The notes: generated from the sequence alone by a model not told the origin. A DNA stretch of 64,000 bases from Candidatus Aminicenantales bacterium (GCA_049515535.1 JBEKTZ010000006.1:1-64000); one strand, 5' to 3'; numbered from the stretch's first letter, positions 39,157 through 49,193 are shown. Program-made: numbers and translations.

Positions 39157-40962
39157 CTAGGACTCCGGCGGGACGATCTCCAGCCAGGAAAACCAGATGG
39201 GGTGGTTTTTCTTGTACCAGCTCAGGATATCCAGCAGCTTGAACTGGTTTTGGCGCGAAATGACGTCCGTCGGGATGCGGGCGAAATGGACGCAGATGGC
39301 CCCGTTCTTACGGAATTCCAGGGCCTCCGAGCACAGCGTTTGGAGCTCGTTGCGGATGCGCCCCGAGTCCGAGATGCGGACCGGGCGGGTTTCATAATCC
39401 TCGCCCGACATGAAGCGCGTCAGGAGCGGGTTGAAGATGAACCGGCTCAGGTCCAGTGGCTCCTTGAGCTTCAGGGTCATGGTGATGAGCTTTTCCCCGC
39501 GCCTCGACGACAACCGTACCCGCACGCGGTAGCAGTCCTGGGCCAGTTTTTCCACGCCGGGGGCCCCCGTATAGGGGTCGGGGTTCATGTAGCCCGTGAC
39601 GGCCAGGACGTCCCAGTCCTTTTCCGGGAAGAAGTCGTCGGCTCCGATGGAGGTCTTCTGCAGCGGGATCCCCGCCTCGACGGCTTCGCGGATCATGGCC
39701 CGGTGCTTCTCGACGGTCTTCTCGTCCGCTGGCCGGTCCAACACGTCGGCGAGCCGGGCCGCGAAATCCGGCGCTTCCGGGTCCAGCCTCATGAGGAAGT
39801 GTTCTCTGTCGTAGGGGAGCTTGAAGCTGGAGGTGAAGACGGACAGAAAGGCGCGCAGGCCGAGAAGGGGGGCCAAGCTGGCCGCCTGCATGGCCTCGGC
39901 CGAGGCCGCGTAGCCGTCGCAGAGGAAGAGATGCGTTTCTCCGGCCTCGTCCTTCCAAGCCCCGACGCCGTAGGTCGGCGCGTAGGTCCCCGATTCGGTA
40001 AACGCGGCCATTCCATTGGGCAGGATCCAACCGTCATCGATGATATGGACGCCCAGCGCTTCCCATTCCATCCACAAGCCGCCGATCCGCTCCGCGCGGC
40101 TCTTGCCGCGAAGGGTCCAGACGTGGACGTTCCGCGGCTCGATTCCGGGGTAAGTCTTCCGGATGGTCTCCCAGACCAGGGCGCGCGGGGTGCGGTAGTC
40201 GATGAGGATGGAATCCTCTTCGGCCCGGGCCACGACGTCCTTGGGCAAAAGAAGGCTCCCCATATAGCCTTCGTATGGCTTGCTGATGCGCAGCGGCTGA
40301 TCGAAGACGTGCAGAACGGTCATCGGACCGGTGGGGTCGCCCTTGGCGAAACGGGAGGTGTTCTCCAGGGTGTCGATGGCCGCGCCCCAGATGGTGATGC
40401 CGGCTGCCCTGATTTCTTTGTAGAATTCGGCCCAGCGAAAGGACGGATCGTTCAACAACCGGACGACCCGTTGGTCCAGCCACTTGGCCACCTCGGGACG
40501 GGCGTAGACGCGGCCGAAGCCCAACTGCGGGTTGGAGCCCATCTCGGGCGTCTCGCCGGCCTTGGGCATCAGGCCCTCGCCCAGGGAGACCATCACGGCA
40601 TGGTTTTCCGGCAGCTGGCGGGTCAGGTACCAGAGGCATTCGCTCATGACATAGGCGGAGATGGCGTCGGCGTCCTTCTTGACCTGGTTGATCCCGGCCT
40701 TGTCCAGTGAGGCGCCTTCGCCGAAGCGGCCGAAAAGCCGCGTGCCCAGCGCGGTCAGAGCGCCGGTCATTGCGAATTGCCGTTCGATGGCCCCGCTCAA
40801 GAAGGAAAGATGCGATGTGAATTCCCGCTGGGACTGGCCCCGGACGAAGGCGACCTCTACGTCGTCCAGCCAGATATGGAACCGTCCCAGGATGGCTTTC
40901 GTGTCGAAGGCCCATTGGGCGACGCGGTTCTTACGGTCCTGGCTCATGGGATTCATGTTCAC
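39157..40962 (-). CDS. Long divergent GlpX (class II fructose-1,6-bisphosphatase)-like protein
   Basis: KKDADA, VSLGEG, AIDTLENT..FAKG, YMGSL and IIDDG parallel the GlpX motifs KNAADG, IGEG, AVDPLEGT..AKG, YM.KL and I.DGD. Confidence 0.6.
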   Translation of the reverse strand: MNMNPMSQDRKNRVAQWAFDTKAILGRFHIWLDDVEVAFVRGQSQREFTSHLSFLSGAIERQFAMTGALTALGTRLFGRFGEGASLDKAGINQVKKDADAISAYVMSECLWYLTRQLPENHAVMVSLGEGLMPKAGETPEMGSNPQLGFGRVYARPEVAKWLDQRVVRLLNDPSFRWAEFYKEIRAAGITIWGAAIDTLENTSRFAKGDPTGPMTVLHVFDQPLRISKPYEGYMGSLLLPKDVVARAEEDSILIDYRTPRALVWETIRKTYPGIEPRNVHVWTLRGKSRAERIGGLWMEWEALGVHIIDDGWILPNGMAAFTESGTYAPTYGVGAWKDEAGETHLFLCDGYAASAEAMQAASLAPLLGLRAFLSVFTSSFKLPYDREHFLMRLDPEAPDFAARLADVLDRPADEKTVEKHRAMIREAVEAGIPLQKTSIGADDFFPEKDWDVLAVTGYMNPDPYTGAPGVEKLAQDCYRVRVRLSSRRGEKLITMTLKLKEPLDLSRFIFNPLLTRFMSGEDYETRPVRISDSGRIRNELQTLCSEALEFRKNGAICVHFARIPTDVISRQNQFKLLDILSWYKKNHPIWFSWLEIVPPES

Positions 40963-41179
40963 CCCCGCGCTTCATTTTAATACATAAGCCGCATTTATTT
41001 CACCTTTTTATTTTGACCCGGCCCGCCCACGGGCATGAATATCCTTTTTTTTACGCGATGCCCGATTTCGATTCCGAGCTCAGCGGGAGGGAAGGTGGTG
41101 CGCCGAAGAAAACGAAACTCCGATCCCTCAATTCTCGATTGGAGTGCGCATTTGGCGGATTTCCCAGAATATTTCTTGT

Positions 41180-41563
41180 ATGTATCCGCCTGGAAGCGTC
41201 GCTGGACCAGATCGGCGGCTTCCGTCAGTCCTTCGGATTTCGTCGTCACCTTGAACGCTTTTTTCGTCTGAGACCGAATCCCCGCTTCTCGCATCAGCCG
41301 TGCCACGCGGTTCTTCCCACACCGCAGCCCCTAAGATCGAAGCTCGGCTGTAATCCGCGGCGATCCGTACAGCTCACGGCTTTTGCTCCAGATCAGATGG
41401 ATGAGCGATTGCAGCTTCTCGTTCTCCCTCGCCCCCAGCCGAACCACTCCTTCTTTGAAGGCGCGGTCATACCGCCGTCGCGTTTTCCCTCGTTCATTCC
41501 ACACCTCCTCGTTGGAATGTAGCCCATTCTTTTCGAGGTGTCTAGAATTTCGAGGGAAGATCA
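41180..41563 (-). mobile_element. IS3-family remnant with internal deletions
   Basis: End TGATCTTCCC...TAGACAC; OrfA start RRRYDRAFKEGVVRL; OrfB piece ARLMREAGIRSQTKKAFKVTTKS. Confidence 0.75.
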
Positions 41564-41723
41564 GTCCAGACTTGGAGATGCTAACGATTATTCCTCTTTC
41601 ATTTTTTTCTCTTGATACCGAACTATCTCAATCTTCCCTGAACTCTGGAGCTCATTAAGGACAAGCCAAGCCTTCCCTTAGCAAAGAATCGCCATGGCCA
41701 TCGTTATTAGCAAGAAAAAGCAA

Positions 41724-41866
41724 GGGCAAGTCGTCGCGGGCGGCTGATTTTTGATTTGTAAAGCTTGTTTCAGAACATTTTTGGGCAAGGAGGAGAGGGG
41801 GAGGGGGAGGAAAATAATCGGGGATAAGAAGGGCGGAGTGGGAGTGGTGGGAAGAGGGGCAAGTCC
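41724..41866 (+). repeat. Family A repeat
   Basis: GGGCAAGTCGTCGCGGGCGGCTGATTTTTGATTTGTAAAGCTTGTTTCAGAACATTTTTGGGCAAGG followed by a G-tract. Confidence 0.9.
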
Positions 41867-41878
41867 AGGCGGATCTCG

Positions 41879-41925
41879 GACCTCATGCCTGAAAAATGGT
41901 CCAGACATAATGTGATTTTTCTGGC
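41879..41925 (+). mobile_element. Isolated IS3-family terminal repeat
   Basis: GACCTCATGCCTGAAAAATGGTCCAGACATAATGTGA closely matches the reverse complement of 11172-11219. Confidence 0.65.
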
Positions 41926-42054
41926 TCCAGGGCCTCTGGGAACGACGATCTCATTTCAGCCCATACAAAACATTGGCTAAAATCGGAGCTTCATCCTCTA
42001 GAACGAGATCTTCAGGTTTTTTATGATCGCCCACACCCATCGTCTATCGTGTCA

Positions 42055-42145
42055 GACGATGATCAACCATCCCGGGCAAGGCGTCGAGGAAGAGGAAGAG
42101 AGCGGCGCCGGGGGAAGGAAAAGGGAAAGACGGAAGGCAGAAGAG
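42055..42145 (+). repeat. Family A half copy
   Basis: GACGATGATCAACCATCCCGGGCAAGGCGTCGAGG...GCGGCGCCGG; the core is missing. Confidence 0.85.
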
Positions 42146-42190
42146 AGGGCGAGGTGGGGATCGAACCTGCGACCCACTTATTAAAAGCTC
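42146..42190 (-). pseudogene. Degenerate tRNA 3'-half (tRNA-Lys(UUU)-like)
   Basis: Minus strand GCTTTTAATAAGTGGGTCGCAGGTTCGATCCC: anticodon loop CTTTTAA, variable loop and T-loop; no 5' half and no CCA. Confidence 0.55.
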
Positions 42191-42319
42191 TTCCGGGCTG
42201 AAATAATTGCCCGAGTTATCGCAACTTATTAAATTGCTATTCGAAGTCATCTTCTGTACTTTATAATCATACCCGCGGTTTTGCAGGAAAATTATGGCAG
42301 GATTAGTAGAGGTGTAAAA

Positions 42320-42865
42320 ATGGCCCTTAAAACCAGGAATAGAGAAATAAAAACGATTCTATCGGATGATGAACTTTGTGATGCTGCAAGGCGGAAACCT
42401 GGCGTTAAAGATGTCCGGATAATTTCTCCTTCAGACGTGGTAACTGCTGCCTGGGTTAAATTGAAGTGTCAGTTCGGCTGTGACGGATATGGCCAGTGTT
42501 TGGTTTGCCCTCCTTTTACGCCGACGCCGGAACAGATGCGTGTCGTCTTGGATTGTTACCATAGGGCGATATTGATACACTTTGGACCGCAGGCGGCAGT
42601 AAAGACAGTAGTTGCCGACCTTGAGCGGGATATTTTCCTAAGCGGTGCCTGGAAGGCTTTTGGACTTGGCGCTGGCCCGTGCTATTTCTGCAGGAGGTGT
42701 CCCGTGGAAAAAGGACTGTGCCGATACACTGAGCGGGCTCGGCCATCAATGGAAGCGTGCGGAATCGATGTTTTTTCTACCGCAAAGAAAGCGGACTTTC
42801 CGATAGAGGTTGTTCGAACGAGACGCCAATGCCCCAACTATTACGGTTTGATATTGGTGGAATAA
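42320..42865 (+). CDS. DUF2284 metal-binding protein
   Basis: KCQFGC..YG...CPP, AGPC.FC..C, ARPSMEACGIDV. Confidence 0.88.
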   Translation: MALKTRNREIKTILSDDELCDAARRKPGVKDVRIISPSDVVTAAWVKLKCQFGCDGYGQCLVCPPFTPTPEQMRVVLDCYHRAILIHFGPQAAVKTVVADLERDIFLSGAWKAFGLGAGPCYFCRRCPVEKGLCRYTERARPSMEACGIDVFSTAKKADFPIEVVRTRRQCPNYYGLILVE

Positions 42866-42916
42866 CCATTAGGCAACAAACGGTTATCGCCCCAAGTTAT
42901 CCACTTGCATTTTCAA

Positions 42917-43050
42917 GACGATCTACATCCCGGAAAGTCGGGGAGGGGAGGAATGGTTGGAGGGAGGCGCAGGCGGCTGATTATCGATTTCTGGATATAA
43001 TCTCAGGACACGCAGGGCAAGGAGGGGGATGGGGAAAAGGGGAAGGCGGA
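42917..43050 (+). repeat. Family A repeat
   Basis: GACGATCTACATCCCGGAAAGTCG...GGCGCAGGCGGCTGATTATCGATTTCTGGATATAATCTCAGGACACGCAGGGCAAGG. Confidence 0.9.
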
Positions 43051-43289
43051 GCTTAAAGCACGAAGTGGAAGCGGCGCGGAAGATGGGGACTTCTCTCTCT
43101 ATCGCGCGAGGATCTGAATCTCGCTCACAGGCCGCTTTAGCCGACAACATCCCACGACGCTCTCTTCCTGGCGAATCTGCGAAGATTATGTTATTTTATG
43201 GAACTCAAGATCGGGAAAATTGTACAGGTTCTTGAATTTGAAGGTGATAAAATCATCCCGGGCTCGCCCGAGATTCGGCTCTCAATGCC

Positions 43290-44642
43290 ATGAATGCAGA
43301 CGACACGGTTAAACTCAAACGGGCCATCCGTCTTCCCCATGCCACGGCTATGGTTGCTGGAATTATCATCGGCGCTTCGATCTTCGTTCAGCCTTCGGAA
43401 ATAACGGGGAGAGTTCCTTCCATCGGGGGCGTTTTCCTTGTCTGGTTGATATCCGGTCTTCTGACATTTTTCGGTGTCCTTGTTTGCGCCGAATTGGCGT
43501 CCATGTTCACTCGAACAGGCGGTGTATACATATATCTACAAGAAGCCTATTCGCCCTTGATCGGATTCCTGTGGGGTTGGGCCATGCTCTGGAGCATGCA
43601 CTCCGGAATTATTGCCGCCATTTCCGTGATATTTTCCCGCTATTCAAGCTACTTCCTCCCCGTCAATACCTTTGCGGCCAAAGCGGTCGCAATCGGCGTG
43701 ATTATTGTCATTTCCGGGATCAATTACATTGGAGTCAAAGAAGGAAACTCTCTGCAAGCCTTTTTTACGCTTGGAAAAATCATCGCCGTCGTTTTTATTA
43801 TTCTGGCTGGCTTTCTTCTCGGCTCCCGCATGTCAGAACATTTTTCGTCAGGGAGCCTGCTCCATGACGGAATCACATTAAGCGGGTTTCTTTACGCCCT
43901 TGTCGCCGGGCTTTTCGCTTTCGGCGGCTGGCACATGGTGACATACAATTCGGAAGAAACCGTCGATCCGACCAAGACTATTCCGCGAGCCTTGATGCTC
44001 GGAACGGGCATTGTGACCGTCGGATATATCCTTCTTAATGCGGTTTACATGTACATCCTCCCCCTCGATAAAGTTGCTGGTTCCACACGGATTGCCGCCG
44101 ACGCGGCTGACGCTGTGATCGGATCCGGCGGCGGGGCCTTTATGTCCTTGCTCGTTGTTTTTTCCACTTTCGGCGCACTCGCTGGCATCATCCTTTGTGG
44201 ACCCCGCGTCTACTATGCGATGGCCCGAGACGGGCTTTTGTTTTCCTGGCTGGGAGACATCCATCCCCGTTTCCACACTCCCTACAAGGCCATCGTCCTT
44301 CAGGCGGTTTGGTCCTCCGTGCTCGTGGCCACTGGTACATATCGGATTCTCTTCACCAGGGTTGTTTTTACGGAATGGATTTTTTTTGGCTTAATGGCGA
44401 TCGGCCTCATTAGGCTTCGAAAGCGAAACACTCCGATCCGGCGATATGCCATCGCAGGATATCCCTGGGTCCCGGTTCTTTTCAGCTTATCCTCCTTCGC
44501 TATCGTGATCCATCAACTGGCCACCAATCCCGGCGAAAGCCTGATCGGGCTCTCGCTTGTCCTGACGGGACTTCCCGTATATTATTTCTGGAGAAAGAAG
44601 AATAAAGAGGAGCGTTCCCATGCCAATCATCGATTTTCATAA
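43290..44642 (+). CDS. APC-family amino acid permease
   Basis: GIIIGASIF, AEL.SMF...GG.Y.YL, FAFGGW, RVYYAMARDG; about 12 TMs. Confidence 0.92.
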   Translation: MNADDTVKLKRAIRLPHATAMVAGIIIGASIFVQPSEITGRVPSIGGVFLVWLISGLLTFFGVLVCAELASMFTRTGGVYIYLQEAYSPLIGFLWGWAMLWSMHSGIIAAISVIFSRYSSYFLPVNTFAAKAVAIGVIIVISGINYIGVKEGNSLQAFFTLGKIIAVVFIILAGFLLGSRMSEHFSSGSLLHDGITLSGFLYALVAGLFAFGGWHMVTYNSEETVDPTKTIPRALMLGTGIVTVGYILLNAVYMYILPLDKVAGSTRIAADAADAVIGSGGGAFMSLLVVFSTFGALAGIILCGPRVYYAMARDGLLFSWLGDIHPRFHTPYKAIVLQAVWSSVLVATGTYRILFTRVVFTEWIFFGLMAIGLIRLRKRNTPIRRYAIAGYPWVPVLFSLSSFAIVIHQLATNPGESLIGLSLVLTGLPVYYFWRKKNKEERSHANHRFS

Positions 44643-45603
44643 CCATTTTTATCCCCCCGAATATCTCAGGGCTTTAGAAGAAGGCCCGAGCAATGTGAGA
44701 GTGACCTTTGACGCTCAGAATAATCCGCTTCTTCATTACCCGGGAGACTATAACATCGTCGTCCCCGGGCACCGGGACATTGATTTCCGCGTCGAGGTCA
44801 TGGAACGAGAGGGAGTGGACAGACAAATCCTAACCCTCACTACGCCTGGGACACATATCGAATCCCCGACGCGCGCCGTCGAACTCGCCCGCCTGGTCAA
44901 TAATAGTCTGGCCCGAATCGTCTCTGATCGCAGGAACCGGTTCGCCGCTTTGGCGACCCTCCCTCTCAATTGTCCCGAAGCATCCGTCAAAGAACTCGAG
45001 CGGGCGTTCAACGAGCTTGGGTTTAAGGGGGTCATGCTCTTCAGCAATATCAATAATGTCGGCTTAAACGACCAGCGCTTCTGGCCCCTCTACGAGAAGG
45101 CCGATGAGCTGAAGGCTGTATTCTACATCCACCCGGAGTTCCCGGCCGGCGTAGAAGCCATGACTGAATACTGGCTGATGCCGCTTCTCGGATTCCCCTT
45201 TGATACGACACTGGCCGCCGCCAAACTCGTTTTCAGTGGTGTGGTTGAGAAATTCCCGAATATCCAATGGGTGCTCGGACACCTCGGAGGCGCTATCCCT
45301 TACCTTGCTGAAAGGCTCGACCGAGGATTTGAAGCATTCAAAGAATGCCGCAAAAACATCAGCAGACGCCCAAGCGAGTACCTGAGAAAATTTTACTTTG
45401 ACACGGTCAATTTCGATCGGAACACTCTACGCCTGGCGATCGAATTTGCCGGAACAGACCACCTTTTGGCCGGGAGTGATTATCCGCACCAGATCGGTAG
45501 TCTGAGGAAGATGGTGGACAGCATAAACGGCCTCGACATCTCCCCGCAGGAGAAAGAGGGGATTTTCGGAGAGAATGCCGCCAGACTGCTCAACCTTTCT
45601 TGA
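44620..45603 (+). CDS. Amidohydrolase_2 family protein (ACMSD-like decarboxylase/hydratase)
   Basis: IDFHNH, YIHP, GHLGG, AGSDYPH, NAARL. Confidence 0.9.
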   Translation: MPIIDFHNHFYPPEYLRALEEGPSNVRVTFDAQNNPLLHYPGDYNIVVPGHRDIDFRVEVMEREGVDRQILTLTTPGTHIESPTRAVELARLVNNSLARIVSDRRNRFAALATLPLNCPEASVKELERAFNELGFKGVMLFSNINNVGLNDQRFWPLYEKADELKAVFYIHPEFPAGVEAMTEYWLMPLLGFPFDTTLAAAKLVFSGVVEKFPNIQWVLGHLGGAIPYLAERLDRGFEAFKECRKNISRRPSEYLRKFYFDTVNFDRNTLRLAIEFAGTDHLLAGSDYPHQIGSLRKMVDSINGLDISPQEKEGIFGENAARLLNLS

Positions 45604-45642
45604 AGACCCGATCTTCTTCTCGGCCATTCTCAAGCGCGTTTC

Positions 45643-45780
45643 AACGAGGATCACCATCCCGGGCAAGTCGTCGAGGCGGGAAAAGCGGCGCCGGCGGCTG
45701 AATATGGATTTATGAATATAATTTCAGAACACCCAGGGTAAGGAGGAGGGGGGAAAAGGGGGCTAATGAGGGTGGGCGAA
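45643..45780 (+). repeat. Family A repeat (closest to consensus)
   Basis: AACGAGGATCACCATCCCGGGCAAGTCGTCGAGG..GCGGCGCCGGCGGCTGAATATGGATTTATGAATATAATTTCAGAACACCCAGGGTAAG. Confidence 0.92.
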
Positions 45781-45809
45781 TTGACGCTTCCTCTTTTCTT
45801 TGATAATCT
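45781..45809 (+). promoter_or_regulatory. Sigma70-type promoter of kinase 2
   Basis: TTGACG-17 bp-TAATCT, matching 15105-15133. Confidence 0.7.
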
Positions 45810-45838
45810 TGAACGACACCTGATTGAAGGGATCAGCA

Positions 45839-48352
45839 GTGACCGTCAAATGCCCGAAATGTCATTCTGAGAATTCCGAGACCAAACAGTTCTGCGGAGA
45901 TTGCGGCACCCCGCTTCCTTCCTCCAAGGACATCCGTCCCGAAGTCACAGAAACCTTTCAGACGCCTATCAAAGAGCTAACCACGGGCTCGACATTCGCC
46001 GGCCGCTACCAGATTATCGAAGAATTAGGCCATGGCGGCATGGGCCGGGTTTATCGCGCTCTCGACAAAAAGCTCAACGAAGAGGTCGCCCTGAAACTTA
46101 TCCGGCCAGAGATTGCCGTGGACCGCTCAGCTCTCGAGCGTTTCCACACCGAGCTCAAGCTGGCGCGCAGGATCAGCCATCCTCACGTCGGGCGGATGTA
46201 CGAGCTCATGGAGGAGAAGGGAGCGCACTTTATTACCATGGAGTACGTACCGGGCCAGGACTTGCGGGGGCTGATCCGGCAGACGGGGCAGCTTACGATC
46301 GCGAAAGCGATTGCGATTGGGAAGGAGATCACGGAGGGGCTGGGGGAAGCGCACAAGCAGGGGATAATTCACCGGGACCTGAAGCCGTCGAACATCATCA
46401 TCGACCGGGCGGGAAACGCCCGAATCATGGACTTCGGGATCGCCCGCTCGCTCTCGGGGGAAGGGATCACCGGCGCCGGGGTCATGATCGGAACGCCTGA
46501 ATACATGTCCCCCGAACAGGTGGAAGGCAAGGAAACGGACCAACGCTCGGATATTTATTCGCTCGGCGTGATCCTTTATGAAATGGTGACGGCTCAGGTG
46601 CCTTTTGAAGGCGATACGCCCTTCACGATCGGGGTCAAACATAAGAGCGAGATGCCGAAGGACCCGGGGACGCTCAACTCGGCTGTGCCGGCGGATCTCA
46701 GCGCAGTGATCCTTAAATGTCTGGAAAAAGATAAGGAGAAAAGATTTTCCGGGGCCGAGGACGTGCTGGCGGAATTGATAAAAATCGAAAAAGGGATGCC
46801 CACATCAGAGACGGTCCTGGCCAAGAGAAGGCCCCTCACCTCTAAGGAGATCACGGTCACATTCAGGTTCAAGAAGCTCGTCGCGCCGGCTTTGATTTTT
46901 CTGGTTGTCGTCATTGCCGGGGTCATTGTTTGGCAACTTCTTCCCCGTCGCGCGGCCCTCTCCAGACCTCCCGGCTTGCACTCGATCGCCGTCTTGCCAT
47001 TCGTAGATTTAAGCCCAGAGAAAGGGCATGAATATTTATGCGAAGGAATCCCGGAGACGCTGATCAACGCCCTCAAAAATATCGAAGGCCTATGGGTTCC
47101 AGCCAGAGCCTCGGCGTTTTCGTTTAAGGGCAAAGAATACAATCTCAGCGACATTGGCCTGAAATTGAATGTCGAAACTGTGCTCGAAGGCAGCGTCCTC
47201 GTGATCGGCGACAATCTCCGTCTCACCCCGCGACTCAGCCATGTCAAGAACGGCAGTCAGATCTGGTCAGATATTTATAATAAGAAACTGACCGATCTAT
47301 TTGCCATCCAGGATGAAATCGCCCAAGAAATTGTCAAAGCTCTGAAGATCAAGCTGTTGGGGGAAAAAGAGGCCCAGATTGTCAAGCGCTATACAGAAAA
47401 TCCCGAAGCCTATAATTTCTATCTCAAGGGACGTTTCTACTGGAACAAGCGGACGGAAGAGGAAGTGAAGAAAGGCATTGAGAACTTCCAGCAGGCGATC
47501 GAAAAAGATCCCTCTTATGCGGCCGCCTATGCGGGACTGGCTGATTGTTACAATGCCTTTGGATTCTACGGTGTCCAGCCTCCCAAAGAGGCGTTTCCCA
47601 AGGCCAAGGCAGCGGCCCTCAAAGCGCTGGAGATTGATCAAACACTCGCGGAAGCACACACGGCATTGGCCTATACAAAATTGTATTATGATTGGGACTG
47701 GCCCGGCGCCGAAAGGGAATTTCGGCTCTCCCTGCAACTCAATGCCTCTTACCCGACAACTCCCCATTGGTATGCAGAATATTTCGCGGCCATGGGCCGG
47801 CTGGATGAAGCCGTGGCAGAAAAGAAAAAGGCCAGCCAGCTGGACCCGCTCTCGATGATTATCAACACCACGATCGGCTGGATGGATTACTTCGCCCACA
47901 GGTATGATCAAGCGATCGAACAGATCAAAAAAGCACTGGAGATCGACCCGAATTTCGTTCCGGCCCATTATTGGCTTGGCCAGGCCTGCCTGCTCAAAGG
48001 AAGCTTTCCAGAAGCGATCCTCGAGTTTCAAAAGGCGATGAATCTATCCAAAGGAAGTGCCTATACGGTGGCGGGGCTGGCCCATGCCTACGCTGTGTCC
48101 GGCCAAATCGCCGAAGCGCAGAATTTGCTGGATCGGTTGATCGAGCTGTCGAAAACGAAATATGTTTCGGCCTACGATATCGCCGAAGTCTATGCCAGCT
48201 TGGGAAAGCAGGACCTAGCCCTCGATTGGCTGGAGAAAGCCTATGAGGAGCGGTCCCGGGCCCTCGTTTTTCTCAAGGTAGAACCCAAGGTCGACGGCCT
48301 GCGCGCGAAGCCACGGTTTCGCGAAATTATAAAAAAGATGGGATTGGAGTGA
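45839..48352 (+). CDS. Zn-ribbon Ser/Thr protein kinase with TM, TolB-like and TPR domains
   Basis: CPKC..CGDC, GHGGMGRV, HRDLKPSN, DFG, hydrophobic LVAPALIFLVVVIAGVIVW segment, SIAVLPF, TPRs. Confidence 0.93.
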   Translation: MTVKCPKCHSENSETKQFCGDCGTPLPSSKDIRPEVTETFQTPIKELTTGSTFAGRYQIIEELGHGGMGRVYRALDKKLNEEVALKLIRPEIAVDRSALERFHTELKLARRISHPHVGRMYELMEEKGAHFITMEYVPGQDLRGLIRQTGQLTIAKAIAIGKEITEGLGEAHKQGIIHRDLKPSNIIIDRAGNARIMDFGIARSLSGEGITGAGVMIGTPEYMSPEQVEGKETDQRSDIYSLGVILYEMVTAQVPFEGDTPFTIGVKHKSEMPKDPGTLNSAVPADLSAVILKCLEKDKEKRFSGAEDVLAELIKIEKGMPTSETVLAKRRPLTSKEITVTFRFKKLVAPALIFLVVVIAGVIVWQLLPRRAALSRPPGLHSIAVLPFVDLSPEKGHEYLCEGIPETLINALKNIEGLWVPARASAFSFKGKEYNLSDIGLKLNVETVLEGSVLVIGDNLRLTPRLSHVKNGSQIWSDIYNKKLTDLFAIQDEIAQEIVKALKIKLLGEKEAQIVKRYTENPEAYNFYLKGRFYWNKRTEEEVKKGIENFQQAIEKDPSYAAAYAGLADCYNAFGFYGVQPPKEAFPKAKAAALKALEIDQTLAEAHTALAYTKLYYDWDWPGAEREFRLSLQLNASYPTTPHWYAEYFAAMGRLDEAVAEKKKASQLDPLSMIINTTIGWMDYFAHRYDQAIEQIKKALEIDPNFVPAHYWLGQACLLKGSFPEAILEFQKAMNLSKGSAYTVAGLAHAYAVSGQIAEAQNLLDRLIELSKTKYVSAYDIAEVYASLGKQDLALDWLEKAYEERSRALVFLKVEPKVDGLRAKPRFREIIKKMGLE

Positions 48353-48515
48353 AGATCGCCAGGATGAAAATATTTGACTCGGATTGTCATTGAAGTCGAA
48401 GAGATGCTACACGCCCAGCGCACTTGGCCTACGATCGTAAACGGCACTTTTCATCGAGGGCGAATGGTACGTTGAAGCTGGCGGTAAAACCGTGAACCAA
48501 CTATAATATTAATCA

Positions 48516-49193
48516 ATGTCCGTATTCGGAGATCACCCAATGAAAACAAGTGAAATGGCTGAACTTATTAAAGGTCGACGTTCTATTCGCAGTTGGCTCG
48601 AAAAGCCTGTTAATGAGGACATGTTGCTCCAGGCCATAGAGCTGGCGACATGGGCGCCCAACGGAGGCAATCAGCAAAACTGGCTCTTCTATGTCATCCT
48701 GAATAAGAACGTCATCAACTCGATCGCTGACGCGGTCCAAGCTCGCGCCGATTATATTGCCTCTCTGCCCGAGGCGAGTCAGATAGGAGAAAATCTCACT
48801 CGTATGCTTAAGCGATCGGACTTCTTTCGAAATGCACCTTCGGTTATCGCGGTTGCCGCCTCCCCGTACAAATCACTGCTGGATCCGATTTTGGCTGCTC
48901 GGGAAAAGGTTGACCCGAAGGTTCAACAGATGAACCGATGGAGGAGCGTGGCCGATACCCGAATCCAGTCTGTCTCGTCTGCTATCGCCTATCTCCTTCT
49001 GGTCCTGCATCAAATGGGTTTGGGGGCTGTCTGGATGACCGGCCCGATGCAAGCCAAGGGTGATATCGAAAAGATTCTGAAAGTGCCGGAGGAGATGGAT
49101 TTCGTGGCTTTAATTCCGGTGGGCTACCCGGCAGAAAATCCCGCTCCAAGGGAAAGAAAGCCGGTCAAGGATGTAATTCAGATCATAAAATAA
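48516..49193 (+). CDS. Nitroreductase family protein
   Basis: IKGRRSIR, WAPNGGNQQNW, GLGAVW, IPVGYP. Confidence 0.9.
   Translation: MSVFGDHPMKTSEMAELIKGRRSIRSWLEKPVNEDMLLQAIELATWAPNGGNQQNWLFYVILNKNVINSIADAVQARADYIASLPEASQIGENLTRMLKRSDFFRNAPSVIAVAASPYKSLLDPILAAREKVDPKVQQMNRWRSVADTRIQSVSSAIAYLLLVLHQMGLGAVWMTGPMQAKGDIEKILKVPEEMDFVALIPVGYPAENPAPRERKPVKDVIQIIK

Noticed and set aside
39202..40710. Long antisense or alternate-frame ORFs (e.g. 12918..14126, 15811..16845, 22276..23412, 39202..40710)
   Set aside because: Shadow ORFs opposite GC-rich genes that have clear family motifs.
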